64,000 bases of DNA from positions 128,001-192,000 of the forward strand of contig JAVRCJ020000013.1 of the NCBI GenBank assembly GCA_034530875.2. The letters run 5' to 3'. The stretch is from Nostoc sp. DedSLP01 (GTDB taxonomy: Bacteria; Cyanobacteriota; Cyanobacteriia; Cyanobacteriales; Nostocaceae). The position numbers were made by a program, and so were the translations under genes. The notes beneath the pieces were generated by a model. The model was not told where the DNA came from. It saw only the letters and a list, made by a program, of their open reading frames with translations, and made no database searches. Below are positions 1 to 10,800 of this stretch, piece by piece (position 1 is the stretch's first letter; every line of letters begins with the position of its first letter).

Positions 1-598
1 CAGGTACAAAGATGGGCACCAAGCCAAAAGCCGTCACCATCTCTTTGATTTCCTGGACATCCCCTGGCGTGAAAGCAGCACTAGGCAAAATCGTTACTTG
101 TTCGGTTTTGATTCCACCCGCGCGGGGAATTTCCTTAACTATGCTTTCCACAGCAACGGCGAAACCATCTTGCAGGGCGCCTTTAAAATCGGGAGTTGGG
201 GCAAATATAATCGCCAAATCGTGCAATTCTGGATGGCGTTCCCGAATTTCCTTGAGAAAACGCTCAATGTCATCTCCTCTAGTTTCCGTCAACCCAGTGG
301 TACATAAACCGATAATTTCTGGTTTAGCCTTTTCCACCAAAGTCAGAATTGCCTGTTCCACATTTTCTTCGCCACCCAAAATCGTAGTGACTTCCGTCAT
401 CGCCGTGGTAGCCAAAGGAATCGCTTCCCGAAAATGCCGCACCAGCACAACTTTAGCGAAAGCAGTACAACCTTGAGAACCGTGGAATAAAGGCATCGTC
501 CCCTTCAATCCCAGAAAAGCTAAAGACGCGCCTAAAGCTTGGCTTTGCTTGAGAGGATTAACCGTCAGTGATTTGTTAGAAACAGTAACGATCGCCAT
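1..598 (-). CDS. nifN: Nitrogenase FeMo-cofactor scaffold subunit NifN, 5' part (continues beyond the window start)
   Basis: Not in the ORF track. ATG at 598, immediately after the nifE stop, reads MAIVTVSNKSLTVNPLKQSQALGASLAFLGLKGTMPLFHGSQGCTAFAKVVLVRHFREAIPL, a typical NifN N-terminus. Confidence 0.95.
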   Translation of the reverse strand, partial: MAIVTVSNKSLTVNPLKQSQALGASLAFLGLKGTMPLFHGSQGCTAFAKVVLVRHFREAIPLATTAMTEVTTILGGEENVEQAILTLVEKAKPEIIGLCTTGLTETRGDDIERFLKEIRERHPELHDLAIIFAPTPDFKGALQDGFAVAVESIVKEIPRAGGIKTEQVTILPSAAFTPGDVQEIKEMVTAFGLVPIFVP

Positions 599-2011
599 TT
601 AGATTACCTCTTCCATTGACGCAGTTAAAGCACTTCCCGCGTTCTCTTCCCACGGCGCCGGCTTGCGTACTTGCTCCCAAATCGGGCTATAAAGAGCTTC
701 ATACAATTCCCGCGCCATCTCAATCATTCCTACATAACCTGCATAAGGATGGTGGCGTTCTTGGTTGATATCCAAGAAAGGAATCCGAGCTTTTAACGCG
801 GTGTATTGGTTACGACCTCCAGCAATCAACATATCTGCTTGAGTATCTCTCACCAGCTGTAACAATTCCTGGGCGTTGCCTTTCTCCAGCATGATGCCAT
901 CGTTACCCAGCAACTTCTTGATTTTGGCTTTATCTTCCTCAGTACTTTTGCGAGTACTGGTAGCAACAACATCAATACCCAAGTCTTTCGCAGCCGAGAT
1001 AATCGACCAACTCTTAACACCGCCAGTATACAAGACAACACGCTTACCTTTGAGTCGAGCGCGATAGGGAGCCAGTGCCAAATCTAGAGCCGCAGTTTCT
1101 TCAGCAATCAGCTTTTCTGTGCGTGCTTGCAAATCGGGGTCGCCTAATTTAGCGGCAATATTTCGCAGACAGCGATTCATATCATCGATGCCGTAGAAAG
1201 ATTCTTCAATATAAGGAATGCCGTAACGCTCCTCCATCTTTCTCGCCATATTCAACAGCGCCCGCGAACAGATCATCACATTCAGCTTGGCGCGATGGGC
1301 ATAGCGAATTTCATTGTACCGAGCGTCGCCCGTAATTTTCGACAAAATGCGGATGCCTAATTTTTCTAGCAGCGGTGTGACTCCCCACATTTCCCCGGCG
1401 ATGTTGTACTCGCCTATTAAGTTAATATCATAAGGCGTTGTGTATTCCGGTTCTGCTGTCCCGACAACATAATCTAATAAAGCTTCACCGCCAAAACGGT
1501 TGCCCAAATTTTTACTGCCAATGAATCCCGGAGCAATTACCGGGACAACTGGAGTGCCAATTTTCTCAGCTGCGGTTTTGCAAACTGCATCGATATCATC
1601 GCCAATCAAAGCAGTCACACAAGTAGCGTAAACAAACACTGCTGCTGGTTTATATCGTTCGTGAAGTTCCAGAATCGCCTTGTAGAGCTTCTTCTCGCCC
1701 CCGAAAATCACATCATTTTCACTCAAGTCAGTCGTAAAGCCCATCTTGTAGAGTTGCGGCCCCGAAGAGAGACTACCACGACTGCCCCAGGAATTACCAG
1801 CACAAGCGATCGGCCCGTGGACTAAATGAGCCGCATCAGCGATGGGTACCAAAGCAATCATCGCCCCATCAAAAGCACAGCCCCCTTGAGCAGCGCCAGG
1901 TTGTGCCTGTTGGGTGCAAGACTTATTCTTCTTTTCTGATTGTTTATGCTGATTATGCTCGCATCCTGACTCATTGAGCAGCTCGTTAATTTTCCCTTGG
2001 GTGCTTTTCAT
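599..2011 (-). CDS. nifE: Nitrogenase FeMo-cofactor scaffold subunit NifE
   Basis: [25 protein letters not shown] and [13 protein letters not shown] motifs; lies between nifK and nifN. Confidence 0.97.
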   Translation of the reverse strand: MKSTQGKINELLNESGCEHNQHKQSEKKNKSCTQQAQPGAAQGGCAFDGAMIALVPIADAAHLVHGPIACAGNSWGSRGSLSSGPQLYKMGFTTDLSENDVIFGGEKKLYKAILELHERYKPAAVFVYATCVTALIGDDIDAVCKTAAEKIGTPVVPVIAPGFIGSKNLGNRFGGEALLDYVVGTAEPEYTTPYDINLIGEYNIAGEMWGVTPLLEKLGIRILSKITGDARYNEIRYAHRAKLNVMICSRALLNMARKMEERYGIPYIEESFYGIDDMNRCLRNIAAKLGDPDLQARTEKLIAEETAALDLALAPYRARLKGKRVVLYTGGVKSWSIISAAKDLGIDVVATSTRKSTEEDKAKIKKLLGNDGIMLEKGNAQELLQLVRDTQADMLIAGGRNQYTALKARIPFLDINQERHHPYAGYVGMIEMARELYEALYSPIWEQVRKPAPWEENAGSALTASMEEVI

Positions 2012-2046
2012 CTCTCTTCTCTTAGTGGATGGCAGTTTTTCTCTTT

Positions 2047-2297
2047 GTCATTGGTCATTAGTCATTAGTCATTGGTCATTTGTTTTTTGAATAACTAATA
2101 ACTGGGGATCTATGACTATTGGTCAAACCTTTGCGTAACTCTGCGCTAACTTAGCGCGACGGCAGTCGCTACAACGGGGGGAACCCCCGCAACGCGCTGC
2201 CTCCCCTTTGCGTTTAAAAACAAAAGTTTGTGTAGCTCACTAACTGGAAATCGCTATAACAACCAATGACTAATGACCAATGACTATTGACTAATAA
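2047..2297. repeat. Heptamer tandem repeats (TCATTGG/TCATTAG and the inverted CAATGAC/TAATGAC) flanking short dispersed repeats
   Basis: gtcattg/gtcatta runs at about 2047-2080 and inverted aatgac runs at about 2263-2297. Confidence 0.75.
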
Positions 2298-2645
2298 CTA
2301 ACAAATATATTTCGTGACATCTTCCCCGCACACATCGGCGAGATAAGATAAAGCACGAAAACGCAATCCTACAAACTCATCATATAAAGGATTGAGTTTA
2401 CACAATGCTGGAATATCAAAAGACCGCCCAAATAATTTTATTTGGCGTTCAAAAGGACAACAGCAAGGAATTGTTTGGCAAATTAAATGAGCAAGACGAT
2501 TATTTTTAACCTGAATTCCATCTACCACATTACGTAAAGGATTGAGGATTTTGTTAAATATCCCGCGTTTTTGATAGTTAGGTGGATGGTAATTAGGATG
2601 AGGATGAGTATGAGTGTGAGTGTGAGTTTTATTGATAGTTTCCAT
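2298..2645 (-). CDS. Mo-dependent nitrogenase C-terminal domain family protein
   Basis: AHLICQTIPCCCPFERQIKLFG and LCKLNPLYDEFVGLRFRALSYLAD match this cyanobacterial family; lies between nifK and nifE. Confidence 0.85.
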   Translation of the reverse strand: METINKTHTHTHTHPHPNYHPPNYQKRGIFNKILNPLRNVVDGIQVKNNRLAHLICQTIPCCCPFERQIKLFGRSFDIPALCKLNPLYDEFVGLRFRALSYLADVCGEDVTKYIC

Positions 2646-2795
2646 TTATTTTACGCCTCAGGTAAATGCTAAATTTGGGAATGGGCATGGGGCATTGGGC
2701 ATTGGGGATTGGGAATAATTCAGTTCCCAGTCCCCAATTTTTAATCCCCAGTTCCTACCAGCTAATTCCTAATAACTTGCGTTTGCGTGCAATTT

Positions 2796-4331
2796 CTAAC
2801 GAATCAAGTCGTAGGAAATATCGGTCTTGGAAGGAATATTGGTGGTGCGATCGATTTCTTCAAACAAGGTATTTACAACCCAGTTGAGCAAGTTGATTAC
2901 ACCTTGGTAACCGATAGTGCTGTAGCGGTGCAAGTGGTGGCGATCCATAATGGGGTAGCCGATTCTCACTAAAGGAATCTTGGTATCGCGCCAGAGGTAC
3001 TTACCGTAGGAGTTACCAATCAACAAGTCTACGGGTTCGGTGAACAACAAGGAACGCATGTGCCACAGGTCTTTACCACCCCAAACTGTTGCATTTTGAC
3101 CGAAGGGGCTAGAAGCAAGCAATTCTTTGATTTCTTTTTCAAATACTTCGTTGCTGTTGTGAACCAAAATATGCACTGGTTCAGCACCCATTTCCAGCAT
3201 GAAGCCCACAACGCTGTACACTAAATCGGGTTCGCCGTAGATAGCGAAGCGTTTGCCATGAACCCATGCGTGGGAGTCAGTCATTGCGTCAACTGCACGA
3301 CCGCGTTCGATTTCCAATTCTTCAGGAATGGGCTTACCAGATAGTTCGCTGAGTTTCATCAAGAACTCATCAGTAGCTTTAATACCCCAAGGACGGGAAA
3401 CAACGGTTGGTTGCTTCCATTCTTTTTCGATGTACTCGCGGGTCTTGACTGTGGAGTGTGATTGCAAGAAGACTGTAGCTTTACCATTAATTGAATCTGC
3501 TGCATCTTCCAGCTTTGTACCACCTGGATACATATCGAACTCACCAGTGTTGGGTGAATCCAGGTAATCGCTGTTGTCAGCTAGAATTGTGTAGTCAAAG
3601 CCAAACAGAGAAGCAATGCGCTTGATTTCGCGGTTGTTGCCAACGTAGGTGTCAAAACCTGGAACGAAGTTGATCTTACCATTGCTGGTTTCTTTCTTCT
3701 GACCTGCGGTTAGGGTAGAAAGAATACCCTTCATCATGTTGTCGTAACCAGTGATGTGGGAACCAACAAAGCTGGGGGTATGAGCGTAAGGAACTGGGAA
3801 ATCTTGAGGAACTGAACCAGCTTTCTTAGCGTTGTTGATGAAAGCTTGTAAGTCATCACCAATAACTTCTGCCATACAGGTGGTGCAGACAGCAATCATC
3901 TTGGGCTTGTAGAGTTGGTAAGAGTTCGCCAAGCCATCAATCATGTTTTGCAGACCACCGAACACCGCTGCATCTTCAGTCATGGAAGAAGATACACCAG
4001 AGAATGGTTCTTTGTAGTGACGGGTTAAGTGGGTGCGGAAGTATGCAACGCAACCTTGGGAACCTTGAACAAAGGGCAGAGTGCCTTCAAATCCAACAGC
4101 AGCAAAGATTGCTCCTAAAGGTTGGCAACCTTTAGCGGGGTTGACGGTTAGAGCTTCACGAGCGAAATTCTTTTCGCGGTAATCCCAACTCTTAGTCCAT
4201 TCTGCAACCCGCGCAACTTCTTCGGGGTCGTGACCGTTTTCAAATTCCTTCTTGTTTTGGAATAATTGTTGGTATTCCGGCTGGTGAAACAGCTCTACGT
4301 GGTCTTGAATTTTATCTGGATTCTGAGGCAT
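2796..4331 (-). CDS. nifK: Nitrogenase MoFe protein beta subunit
   Basis: [33 protein letters not shown] motifs; 511 aa. Confidence 0.98.
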   Translation of the reverse strand: MPQNPDKIQDHVELFHQPEYQQLFQNKKEFENGHDPEEVARVAEWTKSWDYREKNFAREALTVNPAKGCQPLGAIFAAVGFEGTLPFVQGSQGCVAYFRTHLTRHYKEPFSGVSSSMTEDAAVFGGLQNMIDGLANSYQLYKPKMIAVCTTCMAEVIGDDLQAFINNAKKAGSVPQDFPVPYAHTPSFVGSHITGYDNMMKGILSTLTAGQKKETSNGKINFVPGFDTYVGNNREIKRIASLFGFDYTILADNSDYLDSPNTGEFDMYPGGTKLEDAADSINGKATVFLQSHSTVKTREYIEKEWKQPTVVSRPWGIKATDEFLMKLSELSGKPIPEELEIERGRAVDAMTDSHAWVHGKRFAIYGEPDLVYSVVGFMLEMGAEPVHILVHNSNEVFEKEIKELLASSPFGQNATVWGGKDLWHMRSLLFTEPVDLLIGNSYGKYLWRDTKIPLVRIGYPIMDRHHLHRYSTIGYQGVINLLNWVVNTLFEEIDRTTNIPSKTDISYDLIR

Positions 4332-4524
4332 TTCCGATCTCCAAGCTTGCTGAGTTAATTACTAATCGACGAATCGGCAGTGAGGGGAAGGGAGTGAGAA
4401 TGTGACTCAAAACTCAAAATGCAAAAAGCAAAACACATCATTTTGAATTTTTAATTTTGAATTTTGAATTCCCGACTCCCTCCTGGGGGATTAGCCCCAG
4501 GTACTTATATCTCTCTCATTTTTT

Positions 4525-4675
4525 TTAGGCGGTTGCTTTGGTTTTAGCTTTAGCTTCAGCTTTTTTGCTCCAGGGAGCGCCAATTAATCCCCAGGTTGGG
4601 CTATTGAGTGCCAAATCCATATCACGAGCGAAGATAGCAAAGCCGTCATAACCGTGATAAGGACCGGAGTAATCC
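4525..4675 (-). CDS. nifD: nifD 3' segment, joined to the 5' segment after element excision
   Basis: 4674-4525 reads [49 protein letters not shown], the NifD C-terminus missing from ORF 53223-54605. Confidence 0.96.
4665..4675. repeat. XisA recombination site, nifK-proximal (GGATTACTCCG on the minus strand)
   Basis: CGGAGTAATCC at 4665-4675, the known nifD-element 11-bp repeat. Confidence 0.96.
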
Positions 4676-4707
4676 TTTTGATGGTTTTATTTTTTTAGAG
4701 GGGTTAA

Positions 4708-4756
4708 TGTTTGCAATGAGCAATGTCAGAATTAAACATTGTTCGTTGAGAACGCA
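4708..4756 (+). promoter_or_regulatory. Candidate NtcA-type sites upstream of xisA
   Basis: Three tandem TGT-N9..11-(A/G)CA motifs (TGTttgcaatgaGCA, TGTcagaattaaACA, TGTtcgttgagaacGCA). NtcA is known to bind non-canonical sites upstream of xisA in Anabaena PCC 7120. Confidence 0.45.
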
Positions 4757-4920
4757 TTGATTTTTAGACTAAATGTAGGCTAAAACATATCTCTGTTAAG
4801 TGAGGTACACAAACCTTTGTTTTTAACGCAGAGGGGCGCAGAGTCAAGCGCAAAGGTACACAGAGGTTTACCCGCTATATTTCGCTTCAGGTCTGCAAGC
4901 ACAGCAGTAAAGAGAAGATA

Positions 4921-6222
4921 ATGAAATCAAAAGTACTACTGGAATTAGAGACAGTAAATCTGCGGTTGAAGTCTGCAAAGACAAAGGTCACAATTAGAGA
5001 ATCGAATGGAAGTCTGCAATTACGCGCTACGTTACCAATTAAACCGGGAGACAAGGATAAGAATGGCACTGGGAGAAAACAATACAATCTCAGTTTGAAT
5101 ATTCCTGCTAATTTGGATGGGTTAAAGACGGCTGAGGAAGAAGCTTATGAATTAGGTAAGTTAATTGCTCGTAAAACTTTTGAATGGAATGATAAATATT
5201 TAGGCAATGAGGCAATTAAAAAAGATTGTAAAACAATCGGTGAATTACTCGAAAGATTTGAAGATGACTATTTTAAAACTCATAAACGCACAACCAAAAG
5301 CGAACATACTTTTTTTTATTATTTTTCTCGAACCAAGCGATTCACAAATGCTACTGATTTAGCGACTTCTGAGAATTTGATAAGTGCAATTGAAAAAATC
5401 GATAAGGAGTGGGCTAAGTATAATGCAGCTAGAGCGATCGCTGTATTTTGTCAGACGTTCAAAATCGAAATCGATTTATCAAAATATTCCAAAATGCCAG
5501 AGAAAAATTCCCGCAATATACCAACAGATGCAGAAATAGCTGAGGGAATTAGCAAGTTTGAAGAATATTTAAATACCAGAGGCAATCAAGTTAACCAAAA
5601 TGTCCAAGATAGCTGGCAACTTTGGCGCTGGGCTTATGGAATGTTAGCAGTTTTTGGTTTGCGACCGCGTGAGCTTTTTATTAATCCCGATCTAGATTGG
5701 TGGTTAAGTCAAGAAAATGTAGATTTAACCTGGAAAGTTCATAAAGATTGTAAAACTGGCGAAAGGGAAGCTTTACCTTTATATAAACAATGGATTGAAG
5801 AATTTGATTTAAGAAATCCTAAATATTTAGAAATGTTGGCAACGGCAATTAGTAAAAAAGATAATACCAATTATGCAGAAATCACGGCATTAACACAGCG
5901 AGTTAGTTGGTGGTTTCGTAAAATTGGCTTAGATTTTAAGCCCTATGATTTACGCCACGCTTGGGCAATTCGAGCGCATATTTTAGGAATTCCAATTAAA
6001 GCTGCGGCAGATAATTTGGGGCATAGCGTACAAGTTCACACCCAAACTTATCAGCGTTGGTTCTCGCTAGATATGCGAAAGTTAGCGATGAATCAGGCGT
6101 TGAGTAAGAGGAATGAAGCTGAATTGATTAGGGAAGAGAATGCTAAACTGAGATTGGAAAATGAAAAATTGAAGTTGGAAATTGAAAAGTTAAAGATGGA
6201 AATGGTTTATAAACGTAGTTAA
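4921..6222 (+). CDS. xisA: nifD element site-specific tyrosine recombinase (excisase) XisA
   Basis: GLRPRE, YDLRHAWAIR, LGHS and HTQTYQRW catalytic motifs; located next to the 11-bp repeat. Confidence 0.96.
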   Translation: MKSKVLLELETVNLRLKSAKTKVTIRESNGSLQLRATLPIKPGDKDKNGTGRKQYNLSLNIPANLDGLKTAEEEAYELGKLIARKTFEWNDKYLGNEAIKKDCKTIGELLERFEDDYFKTHKRTTKSEHTFFYYFSRTKRFTNATDLATSENLISAIEKIDKEWAKYNAARAIAVFCQTFKIEIDLSKYSKMPEKNSRNIPTDAEIAEGISKFEEYLNTRGNQVNQNVQDSWQLWRWAYGMLAVFGLRPRELFINPDLDWWLSQENVDLTWKVHKDCKTGEREALPLYKQWIEEFDLRNPKYLEMLATAISKKDNTNYAEITALTQRVSWWFRKIGLDFKPYDLRHAWAIRAHILGIPIKAAADNLGHSVQVHTQTYQRWFSLDMRKLAMNQALSKRNEAELIREENAKLRLENEKLKLEIEKLKMEMVYKRS

Positions 6223-6407
6223 ATTGTTAAAAAATTTTGTGTAATGTGTTCAATTGTCAAAGTGACTACTAATATAAACTTATGGGAACTCATCTGTATA
6301 GGTTTTCACTTTGTTAGATATTCGAGCTAAGTGTATCTAAATTTTAGATTTATTAAATTCAACTGTTAGGCAAAAAACTCTATAAAAGCAATAATTATTT
6401 GAAAAGT

Positions 6408-6671
6408 ATGGCACTAGAAACCTTAAATCAAATACTTAAGCAAATTGAGACACTAGAAATAACAGAGCTTCAACAACTTAGCCAGACAATTCAAAAGTAT
6501 CTTGCTGTTAAAGAGGAAAATCTCAAGCAAGCAGCATTTCACCAAGCTTTAATCGATTCTGGTTTAGTAAAGCAGATTAAGCATTTTGCTTACGAACCAA
6601 TAGCTGAACGAAGACTAATTCAGGTCGAGGGAAAGCCTGTTTCTGAAAGTATCATTGAGGAACGCCGTTAA
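6408..6671 (+). CDS. Putative antitoxin
   Basis: Small ORF ending GKPVSESIIEERR, directly abutting a PIN-domain toxin; ATG at 6408 preferred. Confidence 0.75.
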   Translation: MALETLNQILKQIETLEITELQQLSQTIQKYLAVKEENLKQAAFHQALIDSGLVKQIKHFAYEPIAERRLIQVEGKPVSESIIEERR

Positions 6672-7136
6672 ATGGCAATATACTTCATAGATAGTAGCGC
6701 ATTAGTTAAGCGTTACATAAGTGAAACTGGATCGGCTTGGGTCTTGGAGTTATTCGATCCAACTCTCAACAATGAAATCTTTATTGCTGCAATAACTGGT
6801 GTGGAAATTATAGCAGCAATTACGAGGCGATCGCGCAGCGGAAGTATTAGCATCACAGATGCCACAATAACACGCAACCAATTCAGAAGTGATTTACAAA
6901 AAGACTACCAAATTATTGAAATTACAGAAAGCGTAATTAATTATGGAATGGCATTGTCGGAAATTTATGGTTTACGAGGTTATGACGCTATCCAAGTAGC
7001 AGCTGGTCGTGCAGTTAATACCCTTTGCATTGCCAATGGATTACCTTCTATTACCTTTGTGTCCGCAGATAACGAGTTAAATACAGCAGTTGTTAGTGAA
7101 GGATTGAAGATTGAAAATCCTAATAACCACCCATAA
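6672..7136 (+). CDS. PIN-domain (VapC-family) toxin
   Basis: YFIDSSALVKRY, LRGYDAIQVA and FVSAD motifs. Confidence 0.9.
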   Translation: MAIYFIDSSALVKRYISETGSAWVLELFDPTLNNEIFIAAITGVEIIAAITRRSRSGSISITDATITRNQFRSDLQKDYQIIEITESVINYGMALSEIYGLRGYDAIQVAAGRAVNTLCIANGLPSITFVSADNELNTAVVSEGLKIENPNNHP

Positions 7137-7388
7137 TGCAGGCTCAAGAATGATATTTTGCTACTGATATGGATGTGGTGGGTTGCGCTATGCGACAATC
7201 CACCCTACCTGCTAAAATACAATATAAGGTCATGCTTGCAGGTAAAAGATTTCCTTTTATTTAGTGCAGCAACGCTCCTGGTTTTTAAGTAAGGCGCGAT
7301 CGCTAGCTGTCGAAGTACCTAAAATTTGGTATCATTCCAGGAAAGGATAGCGATCGCATTTGCAGTTGAGCTACAAGCTATCAGTAAA

Positions 7389-7691
7389 TTATTTGGTCTT
7401 TACATCTCGCTTTTGCAGCATTACAGGAACAAATATCTTGTTATATTCGGCTAAAGCAAGAATGAGAAACGCAATAGCTAGGATGATGGCGGCTGGAAGT
7501 CCTCCATATTGGACTAATGCAACTGTATCTAATTGTTTCAAAGGTGAGGTGATGCCTTTTTCAGTTGTACAAACCAGTTTTTCTGGTTTTGCTGTTGTTT
7601 GGCAGTGCAATAGCTGATTTGTTTGTTCTTGCTGTTGAATAGTCTCAGATACTGAGGAGTAATTCATCGATATATTAAATCCTTTAATCAA
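7389..7691 (-). CDS. Small predicted membrane protein
   Basis: One hydrophobic segment (GLPAAIILAIAFLILALA); divergent from the NB-ARC gene; start uncertain. Confidence 0.55.
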   Translation of the reverse strand: MIKGFNISMNYSSVSETIQQQEQTNQLLHCQTTAKPEKLVCTTEKGITSPLKQLDTVALVQYGGLPAAIILAIAFLILALAEYNKIFVPVMLQKRDVKTK

Positions 7692-7898
7692 GTTTTAAGG
7701 TGTAATGACCAACAAATACATCCTATAAGTTGCTTTAAAAAAAGTCCCAGAAAACAATTTCCGCTAAATAAAATATCAACGGAAAAATTTTTCCGGTTCT
7801 GAAAATAACCGGAAAATATACACATTATCCAGCCAATTCAGTTAAACTGAATCAAAATATGCCCACTTCTAAGAGGGTTTGGGAAGATAGCAGTAACT

Positions 7899-10800
7899 AT
7901 GAAAAGCTGGCAAACATTTTTAAGAACTGAGGTGTTTCCTCAAGAGCGATATGGATTAACCAAAACTGAGCAAGCTATTTTTCTGTCTAAATTCCCTAAC
8001 CAAGAAACTCTCAAAACTAACGAACAGGTTGCAGATCAAGCAATTGAAGATAATGAATTGCCTTCTAATCCAGATACGGTTAGAAAGCATATGTGGACAA
8101 TATATCATGAACGGTTCTGTCCAAAGGATGGCAAGGAAGGTTTTCCGGGTTATAAACAGAAAAGCCGAACTAAAGATCAAAAATTTCTCGCTTGGTTAAA
8201 ACAACGGTATTTGCAATGGCTGGAAACTTCCAACTCTGATACTCCACTTCAGTTAATTCCAGTATCCCCGCCAGCATTAGGAAAGCTAAGCAGCCATGTA
8301 CCAGATTTACCATTAAATTTTCTACCACGGATTGATGCACTCAACGACTTAAAAAAATTGGTACTAGATGGTACAAGCAAGCTAGTAGCCGTTACTGGAA
8401 CCGCGCTGAGAGTTGGAGTGCATGGTATGGGCGGGATTGGTAAATCAGTTTTGGCAGCAATGCTGGCACGGGATGAGGAGGTGCGCCATAGTTTTCCCGA
8501 TGGTATCTTGTGGGTGACGCTTGGTGAAAATCCAACACTTAGCTTACGGCAATTAGATTTAGCCAAAATGTTGGGCGATAGTTCACAGACATTTCAAGAT
8601 GTGCAACAGGGCAGAGTTCACTTGAGCGAATTGTTAGCAAATAAAGCTTGCTTAGTGATTCTAGATGATGTCTGGCAAAGCAAACATGCTGAGGCTTTTA
8701 ATGCACTAGGGCAGAAGTGCAAGATGTTAATTACAACACGCGACAATAAGGTACTTCAGGAACTGGGTGCTGTTAAACATTTATTAGGTTTGCTGGAGGA
8801 TGAAGAGGCGCTAACACTGTTGGCATTGTGGGCAAAACAAGAGAAAGAAACATTACCTGTTGAAGCACATGAAGTGGTGCGAGAATGTGGTAACTTGCCT
8901 TTAGCACTAGCAATGATTGGTGCATTAGTGCAAGGTAAGCCGGACCGTTGGGACAATTTGCTGCACAAGCTTCGCAATGCCGACCTAGAAAAAATTAGGC
9001 ATCAGTTTCCTGATTACCCTTATCCAAACTTGCTCAAAGCAATTCAAGTCAGTATTGAGGCATTAGAGGCTGATATCCAAAAACGCTATTTAGATTTTGC
9101 TGTTTTTCCAGAAGATACGTCTATTCCTGAAGCTGCGTTACAAAGTTTTTGGGAACCTGAAGGGCTAGATGAATTCGATACGCAAGATGTGGTAGATGTG
9201 CTAGTAGAGCGATCGCTAGCACGGCGTGACGATCGAGGATGCTTAACTTTGCATGACCTCCAGTATGACTATGTGCGTAAGCAAGCTGGTGATTTGGCCG
9301 CATTGCATAACCGTTTGGTGAATTCTTACTCTTCACGTTGCTCAAATGGCTGGCATACTGGCCCCAATGATAGCTATTTTTTTGAAAACTTAGCTTACCA
9401 TTTACATGAATCTGGGCGAAAAGAAGAACTGTATAAACTGCTAACTAAATGCTCAGATTGGATGGAAGCAAAATATATTGCTTGTACAGGTGATACAGCG
9501 TATGTTGCTGATTTGGAATTGGCAATAAGTGACTTTGCCGACCCATTAGAAGCAAATCAATTGTTAACGCTGATTCAACTCCAAACAGCAAGGCAAGTAG
9601 TAAATCAAAGAGTAACTAATTATAGCGACACAGATTTAGAAACTCTGGTATGGTTGGGGCGTGAAACAGAAGCCATTGGCTATGCGCGTTTGCGACAATT
9701 TCCTGAAACTAGGTTTAACGGCTTATTAGCTGTTTTTAAAGCACAACAAAATAAAGAAGAAGCTAACTATCTACTTTTGAAGGAGCTAAAAGAATTAGCT
9801 TTATCAATTCAAATGAAAAGTTGGGATAAAGCAAACATATTAGTGAATTTAGCAGTAGCTATATCCCAAACTGTATATCAGACAGAATTTGTAACAGTAA
9901 TTGAGGAAGTGGAAAAATATGTCAAGATTAGAAGTTCATTTCAGGCTTACCTTTTAACAAAATTAGGAGAAGCCTTAGATAGAATAGGTGAAAAAGAGAA
10001 AGCAAGTAAAATCTTTGTTCAAGCAAGGCAAATTGCACTTGATGAACAGCATACTTGGCATCAAGCATTTTGTTTAAGAGATTTAGTAGCTACTTTTGCC
10101 CAACTTCAACGCTTTAGCGAAGCTAAAGAAGTAGCAAATAATATTGAGATTGAGTGCTTGAAAGTACAAGCATTAAGTGAATTAGCTAAAGCACTGATTG
10201 ATGAAGGATTAGGTCAAGAGGTAGATGCAATCTTTACAGAAGTTAAATTCTTGGTAAAAGCTAATAATTTAAATCCTGCCGATCATCATGAACAATGGAC
10301 GGCTGCATTGGGTAAATTTGCAACAGCGTTAGCTCAAGGTGGACTTGAAGAAGACGCTAACAAATTCTTCACCAAAGCTCGAAAATTTATTTATGAGAGT
10401 CCTTGGTGGTGTCGTGATAGATCTAAAAATGGTTTAGTATATCACTTAGCTCAAGCTGGACGTTTCCATGAAGCTTATGAATTAGCTTGTACTATTCCTA
10501 AAGGCAGTGGGATACGAGCAGAAGCTTTGAGTACATTAGCAAATGCTTTAGCGCAAGTAGGGCAGATTAAAAGAGCCATAGAAATTTTTACAGAAGCCAG
10601 AGAAGCTGCCAGTATTACCAGAGATAGATTGGCAGTAGCAGCAATGGGTAATCTAGCAGTGGTAATGGAAAAGGCTGGATACAAAGCAGAAGCAGAGGCT
10701 ATCTTTATCAAAATAAGGGATATTGCGAATAACGAAGATGAACACGAACAGGTAGATATATTCAGTACATTAGCTATTGCTTTTGCTCAAGTTGGACGCT

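Noticed and set aside
12..476. Plus-strand 154-aa ORF (and 98-307)
   Set aside because: Antisense shadow of nifN, which occupies 1-598 on the minus strand.
2666..2887. 73-aa ORF MLNLGMGMGHWALGIG
   Set aside because: Translation of TTGGGCA-type heptamer repeats, and antisense to the nifK end.
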